This document shows positions 27,870 to 40,562 of a stretch of DNA of 64,000 nt, piece after piece. Within the stretch, counting starts at the first letter, position 1. Each line of letters opens with the position of its first letter. The notes below the pieces were generated by a model that was given only the letters and a program-made list of their open reading frames with translations, searched no databases and was not told the origin of the DNA. Made by a program: the position numbers and the translations under genes. Source of the stretch: Glaucostegus cemiculus (Eukaryota); NCBI GenBank assembly GCA_976551045.1, contig CDPCPM010000011.1:2728001-2792000 (forward strand), in the 5' to 3' direction.

Positions 27870-28400
27870 TTTCAAAATTACGGAGTTTTGGTCAAATCCC
27901 ATTAGAAGTACCATATTCATTTTTAAGCACCATCTCTCAGAAAACTTTATTCTTGAGCATTTGGCACCAGAAGATAAGAATAGTATTGGCGCTTAGGAAG
28001 TTGATTTGTGAGGATAAATTGCATAAACTTCTGGTAGTGCCTTGAGTTTGAGTCATTGAGTGAACTGATGAAGGTACATAAAATGTGAAAAGGAATGGAT
28101 GAGATAGACACAAGGAAACAATTTCCTCTGGAGGTGGGGTTGGGTGGGAGAAGTCGAGAACATCAGGCTATGAACTTAGAGCTAGGCCATGTACTGTTAA
28201 GCTATTTAGAGTGAAATTAGGGAGCATTTTTCTGCACATGGTAAATAAAAAATTAGAATACTTCTCCAGGAAAGACTATAAATGACAGAACAGTTAGAGC
28301 TGGTAAATAGCTTTTGTTTGGTAAAGGTATCAAAAGCTGACCAAGTGCCAATCAGTCATGCTCTGATTAAATGACATGAATGACTGAAAGGGATACTTTT
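27870..28400 (+). mobile_element. Decayed CR1 LINE 3' fragment
   Basis: tttggtcaaatcccattagaagtacc...aggaatggatgagatagacaca...aatcagtcatgctctgattaaatg. Confidence 0.6.
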
Positions 28401-28508
28401 GTTCTTAAAGTTAATCCAAAGACTGTAATCATGTGGATCTAAATGTTTAGAGCAATGTAGCTTTGCTGAAAAATATTAATTTCATCTTTATTTCCTTTCC
28501 TCATGCAG

Positions 28509-28676
28509 GTGAAGGAAAACACATGGACCATGTAGCTTTACTGAATGTGATTAAAGAACAGCAGGAACAGCAGAAGCGACTGTTGGACCAACAAGAGAAA
28601 CTGTTGGCTGTCATTCAGGAACAACACAAGGAGATCCACCAGCAAAAGAATGATGATGAGGACAAAGGACAGCTGG
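28509..28676 (+). CDS. SLC38A10: SLC38A10 coiled-coil exon, 168 bp, phase 1-1
   Basis: Acceptor atgcag|; donor CTGG|gtgaga. Encodes [42 protein letters not shown], nearly identical to recalled human [42 protein letters not shown]. Confidence 0.96.
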
Positions 28677-28816
28677 GTGAGAGCCATTGTAAAGATAGGC
28701 AATGCTGTACTAACTTGGGTGACAATTCTTTAAGAGGTAGATGGTGGTTTCCTGTAGACTGCAAATCAAAATGAAAATTCCATCCTTACGGTATCTTTTG
28801 ATGTAGTTTTTTTTTT

Positions 28817-29166
28817 AAACAATATATTTAAATAGTTGGGTAAAACTATATACCATCTATGGAACAGCAACAGAGGCAAATGGGTGAATTCTGTCCATTC
28901 AGCCAAATGAGCAAAATGGCAACTAACAGTATTATAAAGTTTATATTGTTCTTTTGTTTGGTAAAGGTATCAAAAGCTGACCAAGTGCCAATCAATATAT
29001 TTATACCAAGTGCCAATCAATATAAGTGCCAAACAATATATTTAAATAGTTGGGTAAAACTATATACCATCTATGGAACAGCAACAGAGGCAAATGGGTG
29101 AATTCTGTCCATTCAGCCAAATGAGCAAAATGGCAACTAACAGTATTATAAAGTTTTTATTGTTCT
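28817..29166. repeat. Local direct duplication (136 bp x2) with templated insert
   Basis: 28817-28952 equals 29031-29166 (1 mismatch). The intervening 28951-28994 is identical to 28311-28354. Confidence 0.95.
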
Positions 29167-29245
29167 ATAAATAATAAATCTGATCATTTTTCATGCTTTT
29201 GCTTATTATTCTTGCATCTCCTTTACTTTTTTGAAATTTCTGTAG

Positions 29246-30432
29246 ATAATGAAAATCCGGTGAAAGAGAAAATTGATCAAGGAAGTGAAGATCGGGTAAA
29301 AAATGTCAAAGCTTTGAATGGACAGAAGGAGGAGAAGCCTCATATAATCAATGCTGGTTTGCAGGATGATTCTCCTCCTAAACTTGGCCAAGATTTGCTA
29401 GCAGCTGATCACAAGAAAGATAATGTTGAACCTAAAAATGTTATGCACAAAGCTCAGCGCAGTGCCCTAGAAAATCAGGATCAAGTTCATGATCCGAAGC
29501 AAAATGTTGAACTTGATGTTGATGCTCATAAAGTTGCCCCTCAGCTGAAAGATGGAATCAAAGAAATTGACCAAAACATTGGGGATCCAGAACTTCTCTT
29601 GAAAAGCAAAGATGGTGAAAAGGTGATGCTTCGGAATGATGCTGAAGTACCTGAAGCAGCAGCTAAATCTGCCCAAGAGCGTGGAGTGAGAAATCCAAAT
29701 ATTCCCTTGGAGAATGCGATCAGAGTTCAAAGGAAAGAAGCTGAAACTGGGGTTCGAAATCTGAAGATCCCAGAGAAAGATACAAAGTTTTCTGAAGGTC
29801 TCAATGTTGAAGCAAAATCAAAAAATGAAGTTCATGGTGTTGAATTGAAAATTGAGCCCAATCCTTTAATAGAAAAACCGAAGTATGATGAGAAGAATGA
29901 AAGAGTAGGAGCTAAGGATGTATTTGAGGGAAAGGATGATCATCCAGTTGGACACATGGAAGATGGGAAGGAAAAAATTGAGCAGCCAGTGAATGCAGCT
30001 AAAATTCCAAAAAATCCAGAGGAAAATCTGAAAGATAGAGCACAAGAATCTGACAAAAGGAAAGTTGAAGACGATTCTTTGAAAAATCATAGAAAAGCTT
30101 CAGATGACGAGATGCAGCCAGACCCAAACATTGTGCCACAACACAAGGAAAAGAATCCAAGCCAGAAGAATGGTGAACCATACAAAGACCTGAAAGTTGA
30201 TGGAGGTGGCGATCTACGCAGAAAAAAGAGGGACCTAAGGTCACAAGTGGATGAAAGCCATCCAGATGATGGAGGTAAACTGATCATCAACCTTGATCCA
30301 GTGCCAAACTTTAAAACTGACAATCTCCGAAGTGCCCTGGAGAACCAGCTGAAACAGGCAGCAGGAGGATCATTCCAGATCGTTCAGAGCCGGAAGATGA
30401 AACAAGTGACCAGTACCGAAGGTGATACATGA
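29246..30432 (+). CDS. SLC38A10: SLC38A10 terminal coding exon (TGA stop at 30430-30432)
   Basis: Acceptor tctgtag|AT within the long ORF 29212-30432. The C-terminus DLRRKKRDL...LIINLDPVPNFKTDNLRSALENQLKQAAGGSFQIVQSRKMKQ matches human DLRRRRRDL...[42 protein letters not shown]. Confidence 0.95.
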
Positions 30433-33324
30433 TTCTTGTCCATGTTCCAGAGGACCTATTTGAAGTTCAAACAAAATATTTCTTGGATGGTACGGAGATT
30501 CCTTTGTGTGCCACGTGCAGCTTATACAGTGTCCCGTCCGCATTGCATTGTGTGAATGAAGTCCACTTACAACAAATAAATAGGATTTTAAGAAGCATTT
30601 TGAAGTAATTCCGAAAAAGTTATTGGAATTTGTTTACCTGCTAAATGGCAATTGTACAAGAGGTTATGTACTGAAGCTGCTGATTATCAGAAGGGAGTGG
30701 GTAATCCAGAAGTTCTAAAAGAAGTGTGAATTACAGAAAATCTGAAGTCCTGTTGTTCTGTGCATCTATTAATAGAAGCCGTCAAGAATGAATAAAAAAT
30801 ATACTGCAACCTATAGGATTGTGACAGCTAAGTGTACCATTGATTGTATGAAGGCCACGGTCAAACCTTTGAAATGCAACTAAACTACCCAACTACTAGT
30901 GTCTTCAATTTCCTCTCAGGGACAACAAGCTGCTTCAATGCAAACAGCAAGCTTTTCTTATTGGATATTTCTAAATGGATGTTCATTAGGGCAGTTGATT
31001 GTATATTTTAATAATATAAAGATTTGTGTGATTAATGCCTAATTTTTTTTACATGTGTGCACGAGAAAGTTATCATCTAAACTCTTATCAATATTTGATT
31101 TACGACCTTCCTTTTCCTTCTAAAATAAACTACTCTGTATCACATTTTATGCCTTAAAATGTGCTCAGTTCTCCATTAATCCATTGTGCATTGAATTTTA
31201 TAATGAGTACCGTATCATAATTTTGGCATTCTGAAAAGCTGATGAATTATTTTGCAAGAGTTCTTTTCACAGTCGTGTTTTGAACTAATTGTGTATTTTA
31301 TGATGGGTGAAAGGTGCAATATTTAATTGTGGTCATTTATATAACTCTTGCATAGCATACCTGTAGGCAAAATATGTAGGTCAGCTGTTATGCCCAGAAA
31401 ATGGAAATGTATATTTTAAATTAATAATCCAGAATAAGTTCCTGAATAATGTGTTATTTATATTAAAAAATACTTTTCTCTGTATACTTTTATAAAGAAT
31501 TAATTTTTGAAAACTTAACACATTTTATGTGTTTAAAAAAAATTGGGTTTTCAATTCTGACTGTACATGACTTCATTTATATCTTCCATACCTATTTGCA
31601 ACAGGTATCATTTCAGGAGCCAGTCAGTGTTGGAACATGGGCATCTATTTTCACTCCATAGAAATGCCTTAAAGACAAAGTAGATACCAAGTTTCTTTTT
31701 TCTCATGGGGCTGGGAGATAAATATTATGAAGTTTCAACTGTTCATGTTTTTAGATCTAATCCATATGAATACAAGTCCCTGGAATTAGTTGCATTTAAC
31801 TAGGTTGATTGTTCAAATAATGCCATGCTGACACTACCACCAAGTTGTTCCCATTTACAAACTTTTCACAGATGTAATTTTTTTTGTTAGTGTGTTTCTA
31901 ATTTACTTTAAATATCTATGTTTAAAGATGTATAAACTCGGCACACTTGTAAATAATAGTATTAAAACAAATGGTATGATAGATTCTATGTGGGATTCAG
32001 AACAGGCAGTAATTTTTCAATTTCCAAATCCTTGTTAGAATATTGTTTATAGAAACTAATCAGGGCAGAGAAGCAGGTTATTTATAATTGTCTAAATTAA
32101 TGTGGCCTAAATATAGTGACTATTTTTGCAAATATTTTTAAGCCACAAAAATCTTCCAATGACTTAACTTTCCAGTCCATCACCAAGTTGCAAATATGAT
32201 TGCTAAGTAAATTTGTCTTAAACTATTTATTACTTGTTTATTAATTGCCATCTGTTTATTACCAATGCTACAAGGAATCAAAGGTTAAAATCATCCATGT
32301 CCCAATGTTTCATTTTACGTGACTTACGTTGATGCATGTGTCTCTGTATCCTTTTGCAACATTGCAAAACTCTAAATGTTACTATCTTCGTACAAGTAGT
32401 ATACCAGTTAGTTTACTTATACATTAAAATAAAGAGTCTGCAACATCTCAGCAAAGAGGATGGTCTGTACTCAGACCTTGGCTAGTGTTCCTTAAGCTCC
32501 CTGTTGGGAAACAAGCAGAGGAGATTATTGTTTTACTATATGAGTTCATTGTTTCTTGTAGATAAGTGCCTGAGTTCCACTTGGTGCCTTCTCTCGAGGT
32601 GCTGTTAGTCTATGAACCAACATAGGGGAAGTGAAAACCATACTACTTCCTGCAGCTTTTAATAAGCACATTTTTCTTGCTGGAACCATTTGAATCTGAT
32701 TTCCAAATTTAATGATTTAAAAATCTCAATGTTTATTAGATTTTCTACCTTAATTGTTCTCATCTAAATGCTGTCCAGGGTTAAAAATGATGGCAGATAC
32801 TGACCTGGTAGAAAAGTTAAAACTTTGGGTCAGTTTTTCAGTCCATTAACTGCATCTGAGTTTCATAAAGTTGAGATGAAAGTGAATTGTTCACATTCCT
32901 CCTGGAAGTTATTTAAATTTTCTCTTTCATTCTGACATTTTCATCCATTGCAGTTTTTAAAATACTGCTTATAACTCACTGTACTGTATTTTATTACTTC
33001 CCTGATACTTGTGGTCAGATCTTGATGTGTAATCCTGTCATCATTTTGCTAAATGTTTGAAGTGCTATTGCTCAGTTAATTCAGGATTATCCTTCCAACA
33101 GTTCACCTTCGCATTTGAAATAAGGGATGGATTAAGCTTAAGTGCAAAAAGCAACAAAATGAAAATGACTGAAAGTGAATGTGAACTAAACCATTGACAA
33201 TGTAAAGTAAGAAAGTGTCACTGATGAGAGTCTTAGAAAACATTCCAAATGAATATTAACTCTGGATGGAGAAGGAAATGGAACAGGCAGATACATTGTT
33301 ATAATGTAAATGGTTGGCTTTATC

Positions 33325-33330
33325 AATAAA
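33325..33330 (+). terminator. Candidate distal polyadenylation signal of SLC38A10 (other AATAAA at ~30574, 30791, 31123, 32428)
   Basis: AATAAA followed ~30 nt later by a U/GU-rich tract (ttgtattcattgtattttct). Which site is used cannot be determined from sequence. Confidence 0.35.
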
Positions 33331-36300
33331 GTGCGATTAACAAACATTGGTACAGAATTGTATTCATTGTATTTTCTGGAAACGTTGCAGATAAATGGTA
33401 GAACCTGTACATTTCCCTGTCAGCAGTTTCCATTTTAATTAATCTGCATCTTAAAGATAACAAACTGCAAAACTATCTAATGATTATAATTCACTTTATG
33501 GTTATTTCCTGAAGAGTTAATTTTGAGATCTAAATCCTATCCCAAGTATATTTAATGCCTACCTCTCAGTTCCATATTCACTTATCAGATTTTTTTAAAT
33601 TGTTAGCTGTTTCACTAATAATCTGAATTGATGTTCAGATGCAAGAATTAATTAAAATTAAACTTAATATTGGACATTAAGATTTTATACTGCTGTAGGG
33701 GGAAATTTTATTACAAAGAAATTTCAAAAACATGATTTTTTATTGGTAGGTTCTAACATAATGATTATTTGTATAAATCCCTTTTAGTAATTCTGCATCA
33801 GTGAAGTTTCAGCAAATTTGCTGCACACATTTGAGAGCAGTTCAAATAAATGTGTAAAATTGCATGATGGAATATTTACAATTCTATATATACAGGTCCA
33901 CAATTTGTCACAATTTTTGAATAATCTTCATTTAGAATTTATGCCCTTATTTACAATGGAAACAACCAAAATAATTACATTCTATCTGTGCTGACATTGT
34001 ACTCCAAGATGTCCTTGTTTCTAACAATACTCTAGCAAATTGCCAAGCATAATTGTAAAATTTAAAAATAAGGACAGTGTATATAGTGTTAATGGAGCTG
34101 AATAATGGGCCAGTTTAATTAGCAGTGACCAGTTGTTATGAAGGGAACCATCAGCATTCAGTAACCCAAATCATTTCAGACAGTGGCCCTAACTGTGCCC
34201 AGGATGAGTGAGTGACAAATGCCAGTGCCTCATCCTTCTGCCTCATCACTAACCCAATCAGACCGAGCAAGGGGTATGAATCCCCATTCATTTCTATATG
34301 GGATTTAGAAGAGAAAGGCAAGCTCAGTTAATTTTGTTGTGTGCACTACAGTTACTTGCCCAGTCTATTCTGCCAAACCACAGGCAGGACTGGGCAATAT
34401 AGGTGCATGGGAAAATCTTTGGGTAGTTCCTCAGGATTGAAGATGATTTGATTCCACTCTTGTTTTTTGGTCTGAAGAGCCACCTCCAAACCCAATCTGG
34501 AACTGCAGACTCTTCCACAAATGGGCAGGTGGTGATTGTCCAGTTGATCCCAAACATTGTATGATGGAGTGGAAGTCACCTTTGAGCAGCTTCTTATAAT
34601 GTAAGGTGGCCATTGTACACCAACTGCTACAAGGACTTCACAGAGGTAGATCTTGTTCCAGTGGCAAGGGGTATAAGATAAATAGAGACGACTGCATGGG
34701 AATGCATTAGTGGGCACATGTATAGGTCCTGCCTAGTGTGCACACTCACACACGTACTGGAGTCCATACCCACTATCTCCCTCTTTGTTTCTCACCCACT
34801 TCTTGCCTACATTTCCAGCTATGCTCCAGTGGACAACTCTTGAGCCCAGCTGCAGGCTGACCCACATTCTGAAATGTGTTCCTAGTCCTTAGCTCCAGTA
34901 GTATACTTAACCACCTTGGTCCCCAATCTCATGCTCTGCTCACACACTTTGGACTCTGGCTCCAGCCATACACTGAACAACATTGATCCCTGGCTCTGGC
35001 CACATACCTGACTACATCGGATCCCAGGCCTGGCCACACACTGGTCCCCTATTGGACTTACAACACTGATCATGTCATATCCTTGTTGTATCTAATGACT
35101 CATTTATCAAGCTATCTTTAAGTTTTATATGAGATGCAAATACTACCAAGAAAATGGAAGCACTAATCACAGATTCACTTCTGAGATATTAGTGCAACAG
35201 TCAATCAGCTCGACTTGCCTGGTGCAGAAACACATGAATGCCGTGTCACATGATTGCTTTTCAGCTGTGCTGTCTGACAGAATTGTCCAATGTATATCCA
35301 AAACCAGTGTAAATTATTTTTAACCTCTTGGGTAAATGTACAGATTAAAAACAAGTAATATTTATTATTCCAGAAAGATGATATTTAGAGACTAAAAACC
35401 AGTACTAGGGAGAGAATTAAAGATCTGAGTAAAACAAGCTGTTGAGTTCTTTTCATCTGAGAACAAGGTTTTACTCCAAGCTACACTGGGAGAGTAAAAG
35501 ATTTTTCTGAAGCTTTAAAGCTAACATGAAGCAGCTTTGAAGAAGGTTGTATGTAATTGCTGCTGACCTTGATTTGGGGATGCATAATGATAGCTTTTTT
35601 TTAAAATATGGATATCCTAATCCCTCAATTTGGGAATAAAAATATCAGTTTCTCCAATAACACTAAACATAGAATTGCATTAACATGTGAAATGAAAGTA
35701 TCAAAATTCATATATATATATATATATGATTTCACTATTACCTTCAGCACACAAAAATTAGGGTATGGCTGATATTGTATAATCTCATCAACACCATTTA
35801 TTTTGTTTTAAGAGAATTGCATTTTGCCAAATTCTAAAACATTATGAGGCTCATTTACAGATGAATACACTTTGACTTTACAGTGGCCACCCACCCTGCC
35901 ACTGTATTTCCATTTGGCTCACCAGTCCTTTGCATTCCATTGGTGTATTTGGGCATTGTCTCACTGAGGTTTAGCCTAGTAACAGACACAATGGCACCAA
36001 TGCTTAAAAATTCAATGAAATGCAGAGGGATAATTGGAAAAAAACCCAGGGTTTTATTGTGCCTGTTTTTTAAATATTGCTGCTTTCACCAGGGGTACCA
36101 CATACTGCTGAGCTTGAAAGCTCATGTTTCAGTTTCTCTTGTTAACAAGTGTTTAAAAAAAAAACAGGGACAAGATTTCCATTTTCTCTCTCCACTCTAG
36201 TCTAACCTCACTCCCACTTTACCTTGACCCACTAATATTCCTCTCCTGCCTTTCAAACCAACCCTTGAAGTACACAGAACCTTGCTCAACCAATCTTCTC

Positions 36301-36529
36301 CACTCCACTAGTCCTTTTGCACTGTTCTCCTTGATTCTTTTGCCTATCCAAATATTATTCTATTTTTAACCTTGCCTTTCTAAGACCTAACCAGTTTTCT
36401 GCTTTGATTCCTCTCTTATCAGCATCAAAACCTTCCTATCCATCCTTGCCTTTCATCAACCTCAATTCTTGTACTTCCAATTGACCATCGGTTTGCCATT
36501 GTGAAGCACTTTGAGATGTCCACTATGTT

Positions 36530-38555
36530 AATAATTGATAAAGAGGTTTGCGAAAGAGTCACTACACTTAGAAATAGATAAAACAACCTGGTCCAGATGG
36601 AATCCATGATAGGTTGCTGAGGGAAGTAAGGGAGAATACTGCAGATACCATAGCCATATTCCTCCAAACAGCTATAGATTCCGTTGAAGCCTAAGGACTG
36701 GAAAATTGTAAATGTTACACCAGTTTCCAAAGAAGGATGTGTGGATAAACCCCATAACTACAAACCTGTCAGCTTAACCTCAGTGGCAGGGAAAGTTCCA
36801 GAAACAATAATCATTACACATAGATGTACAGCATAGAAATAGGCCTTTTGGCCTTTCACGTCTATGCTGACCATCATACCGTTGCTATACTAATCCCACT
36901 TGCCAGCATTAATGCCACATCCCGCTATACCTTGCTCATTCAAGTACCTGTCCAGATGCCTCTTAAATATGTACCTGTTCCTGCCTCTGACATTTTTCTA
37001 TGAAAAATGAATCCCTCAGATCTCCTTTAAACCTCAGTTCTCTTACTTTAAACCTATGCCCTCTAGTTTCAGGCAGCCCTACTATGGGAATCAAAGACTG
37101 AATTAGCAGTCACTTGGACAAGTAATTGATTATAGAGAAAGCCAAAATATATTTTAAATATATTCAAATCTAAGCTGTTGATAAAGTAACATTGAGAGAA
37201 ATGTGGTTATTAGTGTGGTAAACATGGACCTTTTCATTATGTGAGCATTGCTGGCAAGGCCAATGTTTGTTGTCCATCCTTAGTCATTCTGAAGAGTGAT
37301 TGCTAGGCCCTTTCAAAGTCAATCATGTTGCTGTGAGTCTGGAGTCACATATAGGTCAGGCCATGTAAGGGCAGTAGATTTCTTCCCCTGAAGGACATTA
37401 GTTAATCTGTTGGGTTTTTAACAATAATCCAGTACCTTTCTGGACATCATTGCTAGGTCTCGCCAGTTTGTTTATAATTCCAAATTATTCACTGCATTTA
37501 CATTTCACAATTGATATGGTAGATTTTTAGTGCAGATCTCTGGTTTACTTGTCCAGTAAATTAACAACTGCATCACTCCAGACCTCAAAAAGCATTTGAT
37601 AAGCCATCACAAATTAGGCTTGTCTCAAGACTGAATGGTATGGAATAAAAGGAGCTGTAGTGGCTTGAATAAAAGTTGGTTAGGTGACAGGAAATAGAGA
37701 ATGACTATGAAATATTGCTTTCCTTATTGGAGGGAGGAGTGCAATGGGATTCCACAGGGCACTGGTCTTTTTTTAATATATACTGTAATAAAGCTTTGGA
37801 CCTTGGAGTTAAGGACATGAATTTCACACCAGATCACATCAAACTCTGAGGTGCAGAGAACTGGGAGGATAGTGATAGGGGATATAAACAGGCTGGTGGA
37901 ATAGACTGAGAGGTGGCAGATGAAATTTAATGTTGAGAAAAATGATGTTGCATTTTGGTAGAAAGAATGAGAAGATCCAATATGGACAGGTGATGAAGGG
38001 GGAACTATTCTGAAAGCAAGATATCTGACAGTAGACAAAAACGTAAAGGATTGGTCTGAAACATTCCTCAAGATGATGTCTGAGCTGCTGAGTTTTTCAG
38101 CACTTTTTTTATTTAAGTTCTGAGGGGATCTGTGCATTGTTCCTTTAAACAGCAGAGCAGGTGAAGTAAGGAATTATAGAAAGCTTGAGGGATTCTGGGC
38201 ATCATAAATAAAGGCATGGAGGACAGGAGTAAGGAAGTCACAACAAGCTTTTATGAAACATTAGTTTAGCCACAATTGGAGTATTGAGTCCAGGAATGAG
38301 TAAAAGAATGGCATGTCAAAGAGTGAGATGAATATGTTTTATATGGAGAGAGTGGTGTGGACTGGACAGCACTGCCAGGGGTAGTGGTGCAAGCAAATTC
38401 AATAGTAGCATTGAATAGGGAGCTGGGTAGTACTGGAACGGAAAGGATTTGCAGGGTTATGAGGCCAGGGCTGGGGCCTGGGACTGATGAGATTCTCTTA
38501 CATAGAGCTGTGATGCACTCAGTGGCCTTCCATGCTTTAAGTACTCTACAATTCT
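36530..38555 (+). mobile_element. CR1 LINE RT region with nested insertions (CR1 3' end on minus ~36815-37092; Meta-domain SINE on minus ~37230-37580; short repeat ~38025-38140)
   Basis: PGPDGIH.RLLREV, DWKIVNVTP, NYKPVSLTSVAGK and later AFDK motifs resume on either side of each insert. Confidence 0.8.
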
Positions 38556-39559
38556 GTGGAAAATTTGCAATATAAACCTACTGCCTCTTAAATGCACAAT
38601 CTAATTGATGGGGTTTAGAAAATGGGGCTTGGTAGCTTGATCTTGAATGCAAATGGAAATGAGGAACGAAGCCCCACAGCTGAGCAGGTGATTTATGCAG
38701 ATAATTATGGCATCTTAATCCTTAAATTCCAATTTATGCATTATAAAACAGGTAACTGTAACTTTATCTGACTAAGGCTTATATCAGATGAGACATTTAA
38801 GTGATTTTTATTATCCTGTTAAATACTGGCTTAGAATTTGTCTTCAGATTTATTTTTTCTTTATTTTGGAAAATTAAAAGTCTGTCTCAAGATCATCTAT
38901 TTGGGAGATTTTCCAGAAATGGAAGATGCTCTCATAACTTTACACAAGAGGCTACTTCATGTTCATTTATTTGTTAGGGGAGCTGCAGACCATGAAAAGC
39001 CAGGCTTGTGAAGTACCACTGGAGAGAGTCTCAATCCTCCTGTACGTAGCCAACCAAAAGCAGGTTCAGAAGGAGAACATTCCTCAGTAACGTCCATGCA
39101 GTTATGTCAAAAAGTCTGCACATTTTTTGAACAATCACTCCCTCCAGCAGACTCGGAATTGGAAAGATAACCTCCCCGATAAGATCATTGCACTCCTACT
39201 GGCACTGCTATCTACCTCACATGTTCAGAGACTCTGCAGCATCCTAACATGGTTGTGATTCTTTGAAAGCATTTTTCAATGCATCTTCTCCATCCTCTTT
39301 ATGGACTGTAAAAGGTTCCATGTCAATTCTTCATCCATCTATATCATCCAGACTTAGTATACTTCCTCTACTCCCATTTACTCAATCAATAATCAAGTGA
39401 ACAGTTGCTTTACTGTTCCTGATGCTGTCCTGTGGTCTTTGATTCTCAGAAACCATGTCCTGTGTTTATTTTTAATGGAACAATAGAACATTAAAATTGT
39501 GTCAAAGAATGCTGCTTTCAAATTCTCGTGAAATTCCCACTTGAAGAATGTGGCTTCAT

Positions 39560-39762
39560 GAGGCATGCATGTCCTGTAGATAATGTATTCCAGGGAGGTC
39601 ACACTGATTTCACATGATGGGTAGGCACATGTTGGATAAGCATATGGAGGAATGTGGAATAGAGGGATATGTGGGAGGAAAGGGTTAGATAGTGAGGTGA
39701 GGTTTGATGGATGGCACAACATGATGGGCCAAAGAGCCTGTATTGTTCTATGGTTCTATGGT
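39560..39762 (+). mobile_element. CR1/HER1 3' tail
   Basis: ggcacaacatgatgggccaaagagcctgtattgttctatggttctatgg. Confidence 0.75.
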
Positions 39763-40494
39763 GTGTGGTAACATCCTAGCATCTGGATGAGTCACATTCA
39801 GCAGCAGTTACTTGCGGGTGGTGTCCTGCAACAGAAACTAACATACGTCTCAATTACTTTTTTGGTGTTATCAGGGCAGCCAGGTTGGGGGATATATGTA
39901 CAGCTGAATAAGGAGAAATGCTGTTTACAAGTAAGCCTATTTGCAGAAGGATGTTCTGCAGTATTTAGTCTTGGCACTCTAATCAGTTCTGCAGATGCAT
40001 TTAATAGTCGAATGAATGCTACCTTCATGAAACATTCTTATAATAAATATCAACTTTTTTTTAATATATATATCTGAAAGAATATCATTTAACAGGCAAA
40101 CAACCACAAAACTTACAAAGGCAGAAAGCCAGGTCCAGCAGCAATTTGCCTACGAGATACATCAAATCTTAATCTATTTAATTCTCAAACAAAAACCCAT
40201 TATTCCAAACAATTCAGACTGCCATTGTTAAAGACTAAAATGAGGAGAAGTGGTGGGAACTCTGAAGTCATACCAGTTCAGTCTCATGATATCCCTCCCA
40301 AGTGCAGAAACACCAGATGCAAAGTGGTTAAATGTTTAATTTTCCACCAGCTTTCACATAAAAATCCAAAATGTACAAAGCCAAGAAAATTGAAAAAATT
40401 GTCTGTGTTTGAGTCCATTCTTTACTTTGACACAATGCTTAATTAGAATGGATGGTGATGTTCACATCTACCAGATGACAGGCTGGAGACTCCT

Positions 40495-40500
40495 TTTATT
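40495..40500 (-). terminator. Candidate proximal polyA signal of NDUFAF8
   Basis: AATAAA on the minus strand ~45 nt after the stop codon. Confidence 0.4.
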
Positions 40501-40544
40501 CAACAAGGTTCTTAAGACCTCTTTTTTCATCTCAGGATTGCTTC

Positions 40545-40562
40545 TTACCAAGCTTTCTTGGC
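40545..40562 (-). CDS. NDUFAF8: NDUFAF8 exon 3, coding part (AKKAW*)
   Basis: Acceptor ccttatttcccttag|GCC AAG AAA GCT TGG TAA. Human continues AKKT at the same point. Total protein is 69 aa. Confidence 0.85.
   Translation of the reverse strand, partial: AKKAW

Noticed and set aside
24004-30323. Antisense ORFs over the SLC38A10 exons
   Set aside because: Shadow frames of the real coding exons, with no independent support.
34324-34717. ORFs with a YIAQS motif suggesting a GIY-YIG nuclease or Gypsy fragment
   Set aside because: The central part matches the RTE 3' tail seen at ~19150 and ~61200; the motif looks coincidental.
38990-39370. Possible very old LINE RT fragment on the minus strand
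   Set aside because: Only vague motif resemblance; I could not support a family call.
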